Positions 1-6,806 of a stretch of 32,000 nt of DNA are shown piece after piece. The position numbers and the translations under genes were made by a program. The notes under the pieces were generated by a model that ran no database searches, was not told the origin of the DNA, and saw only the letters and a program-made list of their open reading frames with translations. The stretch is from Candidatus Saccharimonadota bacterium (GTDB taxonomy: Bacteria > Patescibacteriota > Gracilibacteria > UBA4473), in the NCBI GenBank assembly GCA_020632335.1, contig JACKFV010000001.1:598866-630865 (forward strand). The letters run 5' to 3'. Positions within the stretch are counted from its first letter, which is position 1. Every line of letters starts with the position of its first letter.

Positions 1-248
1 GTTATCTCTGGCCGCAGGCTGAGGCTGCGTCCGCGGGGGTCAGTGAAGGTGTAGAGCTCCGAGCTGATGATCTTGGTGTCCAGCCCCAGGGCCTGCTCGT
101 AGAGCGCGGTTTCCTCAAAGGCCGGCACCGCTATCCGCTGGAACCCTGCCTGCCGGAAGCGGTAGCGCACGACCTTCGTGATGAAATTGAAGTAGTCGTG
201 GTCCGCCGGGAGGATGTCGCTCGTGCCTTGAGGAGAAGTAAACGCCAT
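1..248 (-). CDS. hisS: histidine--tRNA ligase, N-terminal 82 codons (gene runs off the window start)
   Basis: Own translation of the minus strand from ATG at 246-248: MAFTSPQGTSDILPADHDYFNFITKVVRYRFRQAGFQRIAVPAFEETALYEQALGLDTKIISSELYTFTDPRGRSLSLRPEI. It fits the class-II HisRS N-terminal pattern (G-x-x-D-x-LP, P-x-F-E, E-x-Y-x-F-x-D-x-x-G-x-x-L-x-LRPE). Absent from the ORF track because it is truncated. Confidence 0.8.
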   Translation of the reverse strand, partial: MAFTSPQGTSDILPADHDYFNFITKVVRYRFRQAGFQRIAVPAFEETALYEQALGLDTKIISSELYTFTDPRGRSLSLRPEI

Positions 249-258
249 GGATACCCCC

Positions 259-287
259 AGTATAGAACCCCAGGGCAGCGCTGTAAA
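259..287 (-). promoter_or_regulatory. sigma70-like promoter for hisS (TTTACA-17 nt-TATACT)
   Basis: The minus strand reads TTTACA (287-282), a 17-nt spacer, then TATACT (264-259). Only 10 nt separate the -10 box from the ATG at 248. Confidence 0.45.
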
Positions 288-291
288 CCAC

Positions 292-326
292 AAAAAAAAG
301 CCCTCGGCATAGAGCTAAGGGGCTTT
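292..326 (-). terminator. rho-independent terminator after the 352..834 gene
   Basis: The minus strand reads AAGCCC(C)-loop-GGGCTT followed by a T8 run (plus-strand A-run 292-299). It lies just downstream of the stop at 352. Confidence 0.7.
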
Positions 327-351
327 GTGAGGGTGCTTGGCGGGGTGGTTG

Positions 352-834
352 TTAATTGTATTTTTTGAGGAAGGCCATAATCACGCCTCCTCCAACGTTA
401 TGGGCCTGGAATGGGTCTCGTAACCCCGTCCCATAATACGCAAAGAGCCATGCATTGGGCGTCACCTGGAGTTCCAGGTTAAGGTCCAACGCGGGCGTCT
501 GGAATTTGCTATCTGTTGAAAAGAACAAATACAGATCCAGATCCTTCTTCTCTGTCAAGAAGTAGCCCTGACTGCAAATGAAGCGTCTGGCCGTGAGGTT
601 ATACCCCACGACGTTATAGCCCCAGTTGTACTCGAAGCTATGGGCTACTATCAGTGCCGCCACGGTGGCAAATGAGGAGTCCCTCGCCAGATCCACCGAG
701 AAGTTCGGCACCACGAACATTCCAGCCGCCAGAGAAACTCTCGGTGCTGGCATAGTCTCAATAGTCTGGGCCTGCACAGACCCCAGAAAGAAACTCAGTA
801 GCAGTAGGATGCTAGCCATCATTTTGTGTACCAT
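352..834 (-). CDS. exported small protein, possible 8-stranded outer-membrane beta-barrel (AT-richer islet)
   Basis: N-terminal signal peptide MVHKMMASILLLLSFFLGSVQA/QT. The mature ~138 aa alternate hydrophobic and polar residues with aromatic girdle residues (FEYNWGYNVVGYNL, LYLFFSTD, WLFAYYGTG). Alternative starts at 822 and 819. No family recognised. Confidence 0.6.
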   Translation of the reverse strand: MVHKMMASILLLLSFFLGSVQAQTIETMPAPRVSLAAGMFVVPNFSVDLARDSSFATVAALIVAHSFEYNWGYNVVGYNLTARRFICSQGYFLTEKKDLDLYLFFSTDSKFQTPALDLNLELQVTPNAWLFAYYGTGLRDPFQAHNVGGGVIMAFLKKYN

Positions 835-852
835 AAGGCATCAATTTTTGAA

Positions 853-901
853 GTGAAAAAATGCCACGGTACTGACCCGCAGTACACAGGCATTTCTTCA
901 C
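853..901 (-). promoter_or_regulatory. long hairpin (terminator/attenuator-like) in the leader of the 352..834 gene
   Basis: GTGAAAAAATGCC (853-865) pairs with GGCATTTCTTCAC (889-901) with one mismatch. An inner stem pairs GTACTG with CAGTAC. On the minus-strand RNA the 3' arm ends in GGCAUUUUUUCAC, 19 nt before the ATG at 834. Confidence 0.45.
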
Positions 902-1033
902 ACCATAAGGCCCTATGGCGCTCCACCAAGCTATGAAAGAACCGGTAGAGCCTCCACACAAGCGGTGAAAAGCTACGGTATTCTTTTTAGCACATACAAA
1001 ATATGTTATCAATACATTACAAAACAATAACAG

Positions 1034-1059
1034 AAAAAAGCCAAGGCATTGCGTTGGCT
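1034..1059 (-). terminator. rho-independent terminator after the 1089..1817 gene
   Basis: The minus strand reads AGCCAA-cgcaatgcc-TTGGCT followed by TTTTTCTG, 30 nt downstream of the stop at 1089. Confidence 0.7.
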
Positions 1060-1088
1060 TCTCTGGTGGAGGGTATCGTTGTGCAGCA

Positions 1089-1817
1089 CTACTGCGCAGC
1101 CTCGACAGTCTCGGTTGTGGTTTCTGCTGTGGTGGCAGCTTCATCTGTGGTCATCTTCACCGCCTCTTCCACCAGCTCTGGAGCCACTTCTTCTACTTCT
1201 CCCAGTGTTTCCAGGCGTTCCAGCTGCCCCAGCTGTGGCATATCCGCTATGGTGATGCTGCTGAGGAAGCTCATAAAGGCCTCATTCCCCAGTGCGTCAC
1301 GGCTACTCTCCAGCTGGTTGATGGTGTAGGCCATACCATTGGCGTCCGTCAGATAGCTGGCCATAGCCGCTGGCACGCCGTCTTGCGTGATGTCCGCGGT
1401 GATCTTAATCACCTCCATACCGTTATCCAGCGTGAGTTCCTCACTGGTGGTGTCCTCCGTAGCCGAGAAATTCCCCGCCACGTAGGCCGCTACTTCCTCC
1501 ACGGTGCTGGCTCCGGGCACATAGGGCAGCGCGCCGATGCGGAAGTTAGACCCCTCCGCCCCCGTACAGGTAACGTAATACCCCCGCAGGTCATCGCCCA
1601 CGCGCTCACAGTCATACCCTGCCGGAGCGGTGTAGGTCAGGCTCTCGGTGATGTCTGGCACCTTGTAGATCTCCACGTCTGCTGGGAGGGGAGTGTCGTC
1701 AGTGGCTTCGGTAGTTGTGTCGGTGACGGGGGCCGCGTCATCGGTATCTTGTCGTCCCCAGCAAGCCGTGAGGAAGACCGGAACCAAGAGCAGTGCCAAG
1801 AGATGGGAGTATTTCAT
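1089..1817 (-). CDS. acidic lipoprotein with Glu/Thr-rich C-terminal tail, function unknown
   Basis: Signal peptide plus lipobox MKYSHLLALLLVPVFLTA-C. C-terminal tail LERLETLGEVEEVAPELVEEAVKMTTDEAATTAETTTETVEAAQ. Sits 27 nt downstream of the thioredoxin-fold gene on the same strand. Confidence 0.7.
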   Translation of the reverse strand: MKYSHLLALLLVPVFLTACWGRQDTDDAAPVTDTTTEATDDTPLPADVEIYKVPDITESLTYTAPAGYDCERVGDDLRGYYVTCTGAEGSNFRIGALPYVPGASTVEEVAAYVAGNFSATEDTTSEELTLDNGMEVIKITADITQDGVPAAMASYLTDANGMAYTINQLESSRDALGNEAFMSFLSSITIADMPQLGQLERLETLGEVEEVAPELVEEAVKMTTDEAATTAETTTETVEAAQ

Positions 1818-1844
1818 GAGAAGAAGAGAGAAAAGAGAAGTCTC

Positions 1845-2546
1845 CTAGAGGGAGCGTTTACGGAAGTACATATAGAGCAGCCCCAGCACCACGATGCCTC
1901 CCACCAGGTACCAGGTAGTGTTATTCCGCATCAGATAGGTGGTGGCCACCTCACCGGCGCTGTCAGGGCCATAGCCGCTGATGTAAAAGCGCTCGTCATT
2001 CGGCGTCGGGAAGGCCATACCCTCAGGGCTTTTCAGCGGCTGGCCAAAGTTATTCACCACCGCCTGGAGGATATCGTCCTTCCGGTAGCCCATGATGACG
2101 TCTCGGTTCGCGATGATATTAGTGGGCACAGCGATGTCGGTATCCTTAATACCCGGGGCAAACTGCTTGACGCGATCACGGAACTGGCTGGCATTCTCGC
2201 TACTAGATCCTACCTCCCAATAGGCAAATTCCACGTCTGGGTAGGTTGCTTCCAGCGTCGGCATGAGTTCGGCCAGCTGCTGCTGACAGTGCGGGCAGGT
2301 AGAGAGATGGTACATCTCAAAGCGCTTGACCACCGGTGTTGTGTCCTCGGGTGTCGTCGCTGCAGCGGTGGTCACTGCTGCTGTGGGTGTAGGAGTAGTA
2401 GGCGCTTCCGTCGCTGTAGGGGCGCTAGTCACCACCGGCGCCGCAAACTCCACTGTGGTGCTGGTTTCCGTCTGCGCCTGGGCCGTCAGGTGCACTACTC
2501 CGCCCAGCAGCACCGTCATGAGTCCGATAAAGACGTATTTTCGCAT
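1845..2546 (-). CDS. exported thioredoxin-fold protein (CPHC active site) with C-terminal TM anchor
   Basis: Start taken at the internal ATG (2544-2546), giving signal peptide MRKYVFIGLMTVLLGGVVHLTAQA. A Thr/Pro/Ala-rich linker follows. Next come FEMYHLSTCPHCQQQ (CxxC) and the cis-Pro element AVPTNII. C-terminal TM is WYLVGGIVVLGLLYMYF. Confidence 0.7.
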   Translation of the reverse strand: MRKYVFIGLMTVLLGGVVHLTAQAQTETSTTVEFAAPVVTSAPTATEAPTTPTPTAAVTTAAATTPEDTTPVVKRFEMYHLSTCPHCQQQLAELMPTLEATYPDVEFAYWEVGSSSENASQFRDRVKQFAPGIKDTDIAVPTNIIANRDVIMGYRKDDILQAVVNNFGQPLKSPEGMAFPTPNDERFYISGYGPDSAGEVATTYLMRNNTTWYLVGGIVVLGLLYMYFRKRSL

Positions 2547-2671
2547 GGTATGCAGTATGGACGCTCGAGCCAGCTTGTCTAGCGAAACCTCCAGACAGTC
2601 TCTTGACAATAGTGAGCGTCTGTGTTTTTTGGCATGTTGCCAAGGGGGTGCGCATCACTACAGTGGCAGAT

Positions 2672-4519
2672 ATGCAGCGCTCTTTCCTCTGGCAGACCGT
2701 CCTCCAGTACCTTACCCGGCCCTTCCGGCTGAGCAGCGCGGGGCTGCTTATTCTCCGTGTGGGGGTGGGGCTGCTGCTGGTGCTGGACTGCCTCCGGCGC
2801 CTGCCCTATGCCGAGGCGTGGCTGAGTGACACCGGGGTGCTGCCACGCGACGCCATGGTGCAGCTGACGGGCGGGCTGTGGTCGTGGAGTGTCTTCTCGG
2901 TCAGCGGGGGCACGTGGTGGGCCGTAGCGCTGCTGCTGGCGGGGGTGGTGACGGGGGCGTTGATGGCGGTGGGGTACCGGACGCGCCTGATGAGCGTGCT
3001 GGCCTTTGTGCTGATTAACTCGCTGGATGTGCGTAATCCGCTCCTCAGCAGTGGTGCGGATCTCCTCCTACGGCTGGCCAGTACCTGGGCCATGCTGCTG
3101 CCGCTGGGGAGGGTGTCCTCGCTGGATCTCGCCTTCGGTCACACCCGGCCTCTACCAGAGAGTGTGCACACCACCGGTTTTCTCTCTGCTGCGAGCGTGG
3201 GGCTGGTGCTGCAGGTAGCGCTTATCTACCTCTCTACGGTGCTGTATAAGGATGCCGCGGTCTGGAGAGAGAGCTTCCTCGCGGTCTACTACGCGCTGGG
3301 GCTGCGGAGCTTTGTGCTGCCGCTGGGGGAGTGGATCTTCCCCTACCTCTGGCTGACGAAGCTGCTGACCGTCTTCACCCTCCTCCTGGAGCTCATCGCG
3401 CCACTGCTGCTCCTCACCCCCTGGCGGAGGACGCGCACGCTGGGGATAGGCCTGCTACTGCTGCTGCACCTGGGCTTTGGGCTGACGCTACAGGTGGGGA
3501 TGTTTCCGCTCATCGGCAGTGTGGTGGCGCTGAGTCTGCTGCCCCCTGGCGTGTGGGAGTCGCTCCGGCAGTGGTGGCACGCGCGCCGTAACCGGCCCTA
3601 CCTGCTGGTCTATACCGATACCCAGTGTGGCCTGTGTGCCCGCTGGGCGGCTATTCTCCAGCAGATAGGCGCGCTGGGGCGTGTGGCCTTCCTCCCGCTG
3701 AGCGAGGCGCCGATGGAGCTCCAGACCCTCAGCCAGAGCAGAGATAGCTGGGTAGCCGATACCCCAGACCACCTGCACCCCACTACGCGCACCGCTGCCC
3801 TGGGGAGGATACTGCGCCGGTCGTGGCTCTGGTGGCCGGTGGGGGGGCTCCTGCTGCTGGCACCACTGCGCTGGCTGGGGGATACGCTCTATGTCTTTCT
3901 CTCGGCCCGGCGGCATGGGGTATGTGCGCTCCCTCTCTCGGGGCTATCTCCAGAGCCTCGCCCGGGGTATTCCCGATGGCTGCAGGGTCTCTGGCAGGGC
4001 TTTGTACTGCTGAATGTGGGCTTCCTCTGCTACTGGGTAGTGCTGGGTACTACGAGTATTACCCCGCCCTCCTGGGCCACCACCTATGCCAATGCCGCCC
4101 GCTGGACCCAGAACTGGAATATGTTCAGCCCGCCCCCCACCGGCTATGGCTGGTACGTGATAGAAGGCCGCCTGAATAACGGCGCTTTGGTAGATGTCTG
4201 GAAGGCCTATGCCGGCTACGCAGACCCCCGTGTCGTCCGCTATACCGTGCCGGAGGACGTGCGCGCCACCACCATCAGCCCCCGGTGGCAGAAGTACCTG
4301 GAGAACATCGCCAGTAGTGACCACACTGCTTTTCGTCCCTCCTTTAACCGCTACCTCTGCCGGTGGTGGAATGCTACCCACCCCGAGCACAAAGACCAGC
4401 TCCAGAGCCTTACCGTGACGTATATGGAGCAGCTCCTGCTGGAGAACTACGTCCGTAAGGCCCCTCAGCGGATAGATCTCTCTCAGCACCAGTGTGGTGT
4501 GGCAGCTCAGCCCTCATGA
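2672..4519 (+). CDS. HTTM (vitamin K-dependent gamma-carboxylase-like) membrane domain fused to a DCC/DUF393-type thiol-disulfide oxidoreductase module and a C-terminal extracytoplasmic domain
   Basis: Start taken at ATG 2672 (MQRSFLWQ...). The multi-TM N-terminal half has the HTTM-like opening LRVGVGLLLVLDCLRRLPYAEAWLSDTGVLPRD. The DCC signature is LLVYTDTQCGLCARWAAILQQ (Cys codons at 3626 and 3635). The C-terminal part carries WNMFSPPPTGYGWYVIEGRLNNGALVDVW, typical of HTTM/VKGC-like lumenal regions. Confidence 0.7.
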   Translation: MQRSFLWQTVLQYLTRPFRLSSAGLLILRVGVGLLLVLDCLRRLPYAEAWLSDTGVLPRDAMVQLTGGLWSWSVFSVSGGTWWAVALLLAGVVTGALMAVGYRTRLMSVLAFVLINSLDVRNPLLSSGADLLLRLASTWAMLLPLGRVSSLDLAFGHTRPLPESVHTTGFLSAASVGLVLQVALIYLSTVLYKDAAVWRESFLAVYYALGLRSFVLPLGEWIFPYLWLTKLLTVFTLLLELIAPLLLLTPWRRTRTLGIGLLLLLHLGFGLTLQVGMFPLIGSVVALSLLPPGVWESLRQWWHARRNRPYLLVYTDTQCGLCARWAAILQQIGALGRVAFLPLSEAPMELQTLSQSRDSWVADTPDHLHPTTRTAALGRILRRSWLWWPVGGLLLLAPLRWLGDTLYVFLSARRHGVCALPLSGLSPEPRPGYSRWLQGLWQGFVLLNVGFLCYWVVLGTTSITPPSWATTYANAARWTQNWNMFSPPPTGYGWYVIEGRLNNGALVDVWKAYAGYADPRVVRYTVPEDVRATTISPRWQKYLENIASSDHTAFRPSFNRYLCRWWNATHPEHKDQLQSLTVTYMEQLLLENYVRKAPQRIDLSQHQCGVAAQPS

Positions 4520-4556
4520 AAAACCCCCTGGACCGTTTGACCGGATTCAGGGGGTT
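4517..4556 (-). terminator. rho-independent terminator (minus strand; sits between convergent genes)
   Basis: Perfect 9-bp stem AACCCCCTG (4522-4530) / CAGGGGGTT (4548-4556). On the minus strand it is followed by TTTTTCAT, which overlaps the TGA of the HTTM gene. Confidence 0.7.
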
Positions 4557-4613
4557 ACAAAAGAAAATAATCCTGGATGGGCCCTTAGGCGCCTCCAAGA
4601 AATACTCCCAGTA

Positions 4614-5069
4614 CTAGGAGAGTAAGAGGGTATCGGCCTCTGCGTCCAGCAAGCCGCCCAGCTGCGCTATGGCATTAGCGTCTAGTCCGGTGAGGGTACT
4701 GGGGCGTAGCACTACGCCAGACCCAGGGCAGAGCACCGTCACGCTCAGCTTCACGGGGTCATAGTTCCCCATGCCGTCAACGGTAAAGAGCATTTCTTCT
4801 GCTATGGTGAGGTTATCTAGCACGCCGAATGCCTTAGACCGGCCGTCAGTTGCCGCAGGGTCATAGAGGTACACGCAGCCCGCATATTGGGGGTCGCTGA
4901 TGGTGGTATACCGACCGAGCACAGCTCCCCGAGGGATGGGGCCACTGTGGGTAATGGGGACTATCAGCTGGTAGGTCTCGGCCCGGCGGAGGTCTGCAGT
5001 GCTGGACCGCGCCAAGATATTGGGGCTGTGGAGCGTGGTAGCAGCAGTAGCAGTGGGGGAATACGTCAT
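4614..5069 (-). CDS. hypothetical protein, weak resemblance to phage head-decoration (lambda gpD-like) proteins
   Basis: Start taken at ATG 5067-5069 (MTYSPTATAAT...). The segment PRGAVLGRYTTIS...YDPAATDGRSKAFGVLDN...LTGLDANAIAQLGG recalls the RGAVLG...AATDGS...ILAEDVDA pattern of decoration proteins. This comes from memory only. Confidence 0.45.
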   Translation of the reverse strand: MTYSPTATAATTLHSPNILARSSTADLRRAETYQLIVPITHSGPIPRGAVLGRYTTISDPQYAGCVYLYDPAATDGRSKAFGVLDNLTIAEEMLFTVDGMGNYDPVKLSVTVLCPGSGVVLRPSTLTGLDANAIAQLGGLLDAEADTLLLS

Positions 5070-5146
5070 AGCGAGGGGGGTTACGCAGCAGCAGTATAGC
5101 AAAAGTACTTGCGATGCACCGCGCGTGCACTACCCTCTTGGCAGGC

Positions 5147-5221
5147 ATCCCTGTAGTTTAATGGATAAAACGTCCCCCTCCTAAGGGGAAACTCCCGGTT
5201 CGACTCCGGGCGGGGATACCA
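5147..5221 (+). tRNA. tRNA-Arg (anticodon CCT), CCA encoded
   Basis: Hand-folded cloverleaf. Acceptor ATCCCTG/CGGGGAT (one G-T pair). D arm GTTT-AATGGATA-AAAC. Anticodon arm TCCCC-CTCCTAA-GGGGA. T arm CCCGG-TTCGACT-CCGGG. Discriminator A plus CCA. 75 nt. Confidence 0.9.
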
Positions 5222-5222
5222 C

Positions 5223-5251
5223 TTGACTTTATTATCTATCTATTGTATAGA
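5223..5251 (+). promoter_or_regulatory. sigma70-like promoter (TTGACT-17 nt-TATAGA) for the AT-rich islet genes
   Basis: TTGACT at 5223-5228, a 17-nt spacer, TATAGA at 5246-5251. Lies immediately 3' of the tRNA. Confidence 0.5.
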
Positions 5252-5307
5252 CAGTACAGTGTCTTTCGCAGTATCGGCAGTTAACGCATTATTATTGCAG
5301 GAGCGCT

Positions 5308-5330
5308 ATTTTTATTTTATTTTATTATTT
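5308..5330 (+). repeat. (ATTTT)n-type simple repeat in the 5' leader of the 5354 gene
   Basis: Reads ATTTTT ATTTT ATTTT ATT ATTT directly in the sequence. Confidence 0.6.
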
Positions 5331-5353
5331 CATCTAACAACAGTGTTTTATTT

Positions 5354-5836
5354 ATGAAAACAATTATTTTAATTCTCGGCACGCTCTGTGCCCTTCTTTT
5401 TGCTAGTACTACTACAACAGTACTCGCTCAGCAAGATACCGCGTCATCCGTGACCACCGTTTCTACTATTCCACTCCCGGACGGCTCTTCTATCATTACC
5501 CAAAGCAATGATCTTGATTCTCTTATTACTTGGAGAAATATTATTAGGCAGAAGCAACTGGAGATTTTCAGCACGAGTGAAGAAAGAGCCCAAAATCGTA
5601 TCGACTCCCTTGAGGAAGTTATCTTCCTTGCTTATGAGGAAATATCGGTTACATTGAATGAAGGTAAAGAGCAAGGGTACGCACTATCCTATATATTGCT
5701 GGTTTACCATATGGTGGATGCATTTGGTTTTATGGTTTTATCTTTTATTCTGGGAGTTGTTCTCACTTGGGAGGTCTTGCCACAAATCATTAACGATAAA
5801 CCAAAAATCATTAACCATAAACCAAAGAAGGGTTAA
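5354..5836 (+). CDS. exported protein with N-terminal signal peptide and C-terminal TM segment (AT-rich islet)
   Basis: Signal peptide MKTIILILGTLCALLFASTTTTVLA/QQ. Helical middle DLDSLITWRNIIRQKQLEIF. TM FGFMVLSFILGVVLTW. C-terminal tail contains an in-frame tandem repeat. Confidence 0.65.
   Translation: MKTIILILGTLCALLFASTTTTVLAQQDTASSVTTVSTIPLPDGSSIITQSNDLDSLITWRNIIRQKQLEIFSTSEERAQNRIDSLEEVIFLAYEEISVTLNEGKEQGYALSYILLVYHMVDAFGFMVLSFILGVVLTWEVLPQIINDKPKIINHKPKKG
5786..5827 (+). repeat. 21-bp tandem duplication (2 copies, 2 mismatches) inside the 5354..5836 CDS
   Basis: atcattaacgataaaccaaaa / atcattaaccataaaccaaag, encoding IINDKPK/IINHKPK. Confidence 0.9.
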
Positions 5837-5925
5837 GACAAAGGGGCCACCTGTTCCCTTACACATGCAGGATAATTCTTATCACAGGCGTAGTCTTACT
5901 ACTTCTGTGCAGCGCTCATACGCCC

Positions 5926-6201
5926 GTGATGGCTCAGGAGAGCTCTCAGCCTGTCTCCGTTATGACGGAGCGGCAACAGGCAACGGTGGATTCTTTAGAG
6001 AATCTCATCACCATAATGAGAGCTCAGATCGACACTATTGTGTCGGAGAGCGCTGATACAACCACCACGAATGCGGTGGAAAGTACTGATACTGATAAAG
6101 AAAATAGGGGACCAAGTGCTATGTTCTGGTTTGGAACAGTGGTGTTTTTTATACTTTTATTTATTGGTAGTGATTTCTCTAGGTTGTTTAAACCCTACTA
6201 A
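5926..6201 (+). CDS. paralogue of the preceding gene (signal peptide, helical region, C-terminal TM); true 5' end probably upstream near 5865
   Basis: The frame is open from 5821 and encodes ...CRIILITGVVLLLLCSAHTPVMA/QESS, a signal peptide homologous to MKTIILILG...VLA/QQ of the upstream gene. No in-frame ATG, GTG or TTG occurs before 5926. VDSLENLITIMRAQIDTIVSES parallels DLDSLITWRNIIRQKQLEIFSTS. C-terminal TM is FWFGTVVFFILLFIG. Confidence 0.55.
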   Translation: MMAQESSQPVSVMTERQQATVDSLENLITIMRAQIDTIVSESADTTTTNAVESTDTDKENRGPSAMFWFGTVVFFILLFIGSDFSRLFKPY

Positions 6202-6213
6202 CTGCCAAAGACA

Positions 6214-6268
6214 CCCCCCGTTGCGCCTCTACATCTGTTGTAGAGTGTCGTAACGGGGTTATTTTTCG
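6214..6268 (+). terminator. compound hairpin terminator between convergent genes (T-run overlaps the def stop)
   Basis: Outer stem CCCCGTT (6216-6222) / AACGGGG (6252-6258). Inner perfect stem CTCTACA / TGTAGAG. Followed by TTATTTTT. Confidence 0.7.
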
Positions 6269-6783
6269 TCGGTGGGGGGCTCATAGCTGGGGCTGCCGCT
6301 CATCCGCTCTGTGAAGAGAATGCCGTTGAGGTGGTCCAGCTCGTGGAGGAAAATCCGGGCGTCCCACCCGCTGAGCTTCTTCTCCACCCGTGTGCCGCTG
6401 GGGGTATACCACGCGGCGTGCACCCGTGCGGCACGGCGTACGTCTCCGTACAGGTGTGGCAGGCTGAGGCAGCCCTCCTCCAGAGTCACCTGCAGGTTGC
6501 TCTCGTGGAGGATCTCTGGGTTGACCATGACCTGCACTTTTCGTCGTTTGTGGAGGTTTCGCTCACTGTCAAAGGCGTTCATGGTCACCACCATCACCCG
6601 CCGGGTGTCTCCCACCTGGGGGGCGGCTATGCCCACGCCTATCTGCCCGTACTCGTTTTTGGTCGTCATGGTGGTGATCAGATCCTCCGCAAAGTTCTCC
6701 AGCGCTGCATCAAATCGCTCCACAGGGCTACACACCGTGTGGAGGATGGGGTTTTGCTCGCCTGTCTGTATAGGGTAGATCAT
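6259..6783 (-). CDS. def: peptide deformylase
   Basis: All three PDF motifs are present: GVGIAAPQVG, EGCLSLP, HELDHLNG. Confidence 0.95.
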   Translation of the reverse strand: MIYPIQTGEQNPILHTVCSPVERFDAALENFAEDLITTMTTKNEYGQIGVGIAAPQVGDTRRVMVVTMNAFDSERNLHKRRKVQVMVNPEILHESNLQVTLEEGCLSLPHLYGDVRRAARVHAAWYTPSGTRVEKKLSGWDARIFLHELDHLNGILFTERMSGSPSYEPPTDEK

Positions 6784-6806
6784 AGCGCCAGTGTAGCGTG
6801 AGCCGG

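Noticed and set aside
1383-2582. 399-aa plus-strand ORF overlapping the lipoprotein and thioredoxin-fold genes
   Set aside because: The opposite-strand genes have signal peptides, a lipobox, a CxxC motif and sensible packing. This ORF is Arg/Gly/His-rich with no features, so it is a GC-driven artefact.
5147-6268. Classic integrase-mediated genomic island at the tRNA-Arg 3' end
   Set aside because: There is no integrase or excisionase gene, and I found no direct repeat of the tRNA 3' end at the far border (only a weak cggggtt versus cggggat). It is kept only as a compositional islet, not called as an integrative element.
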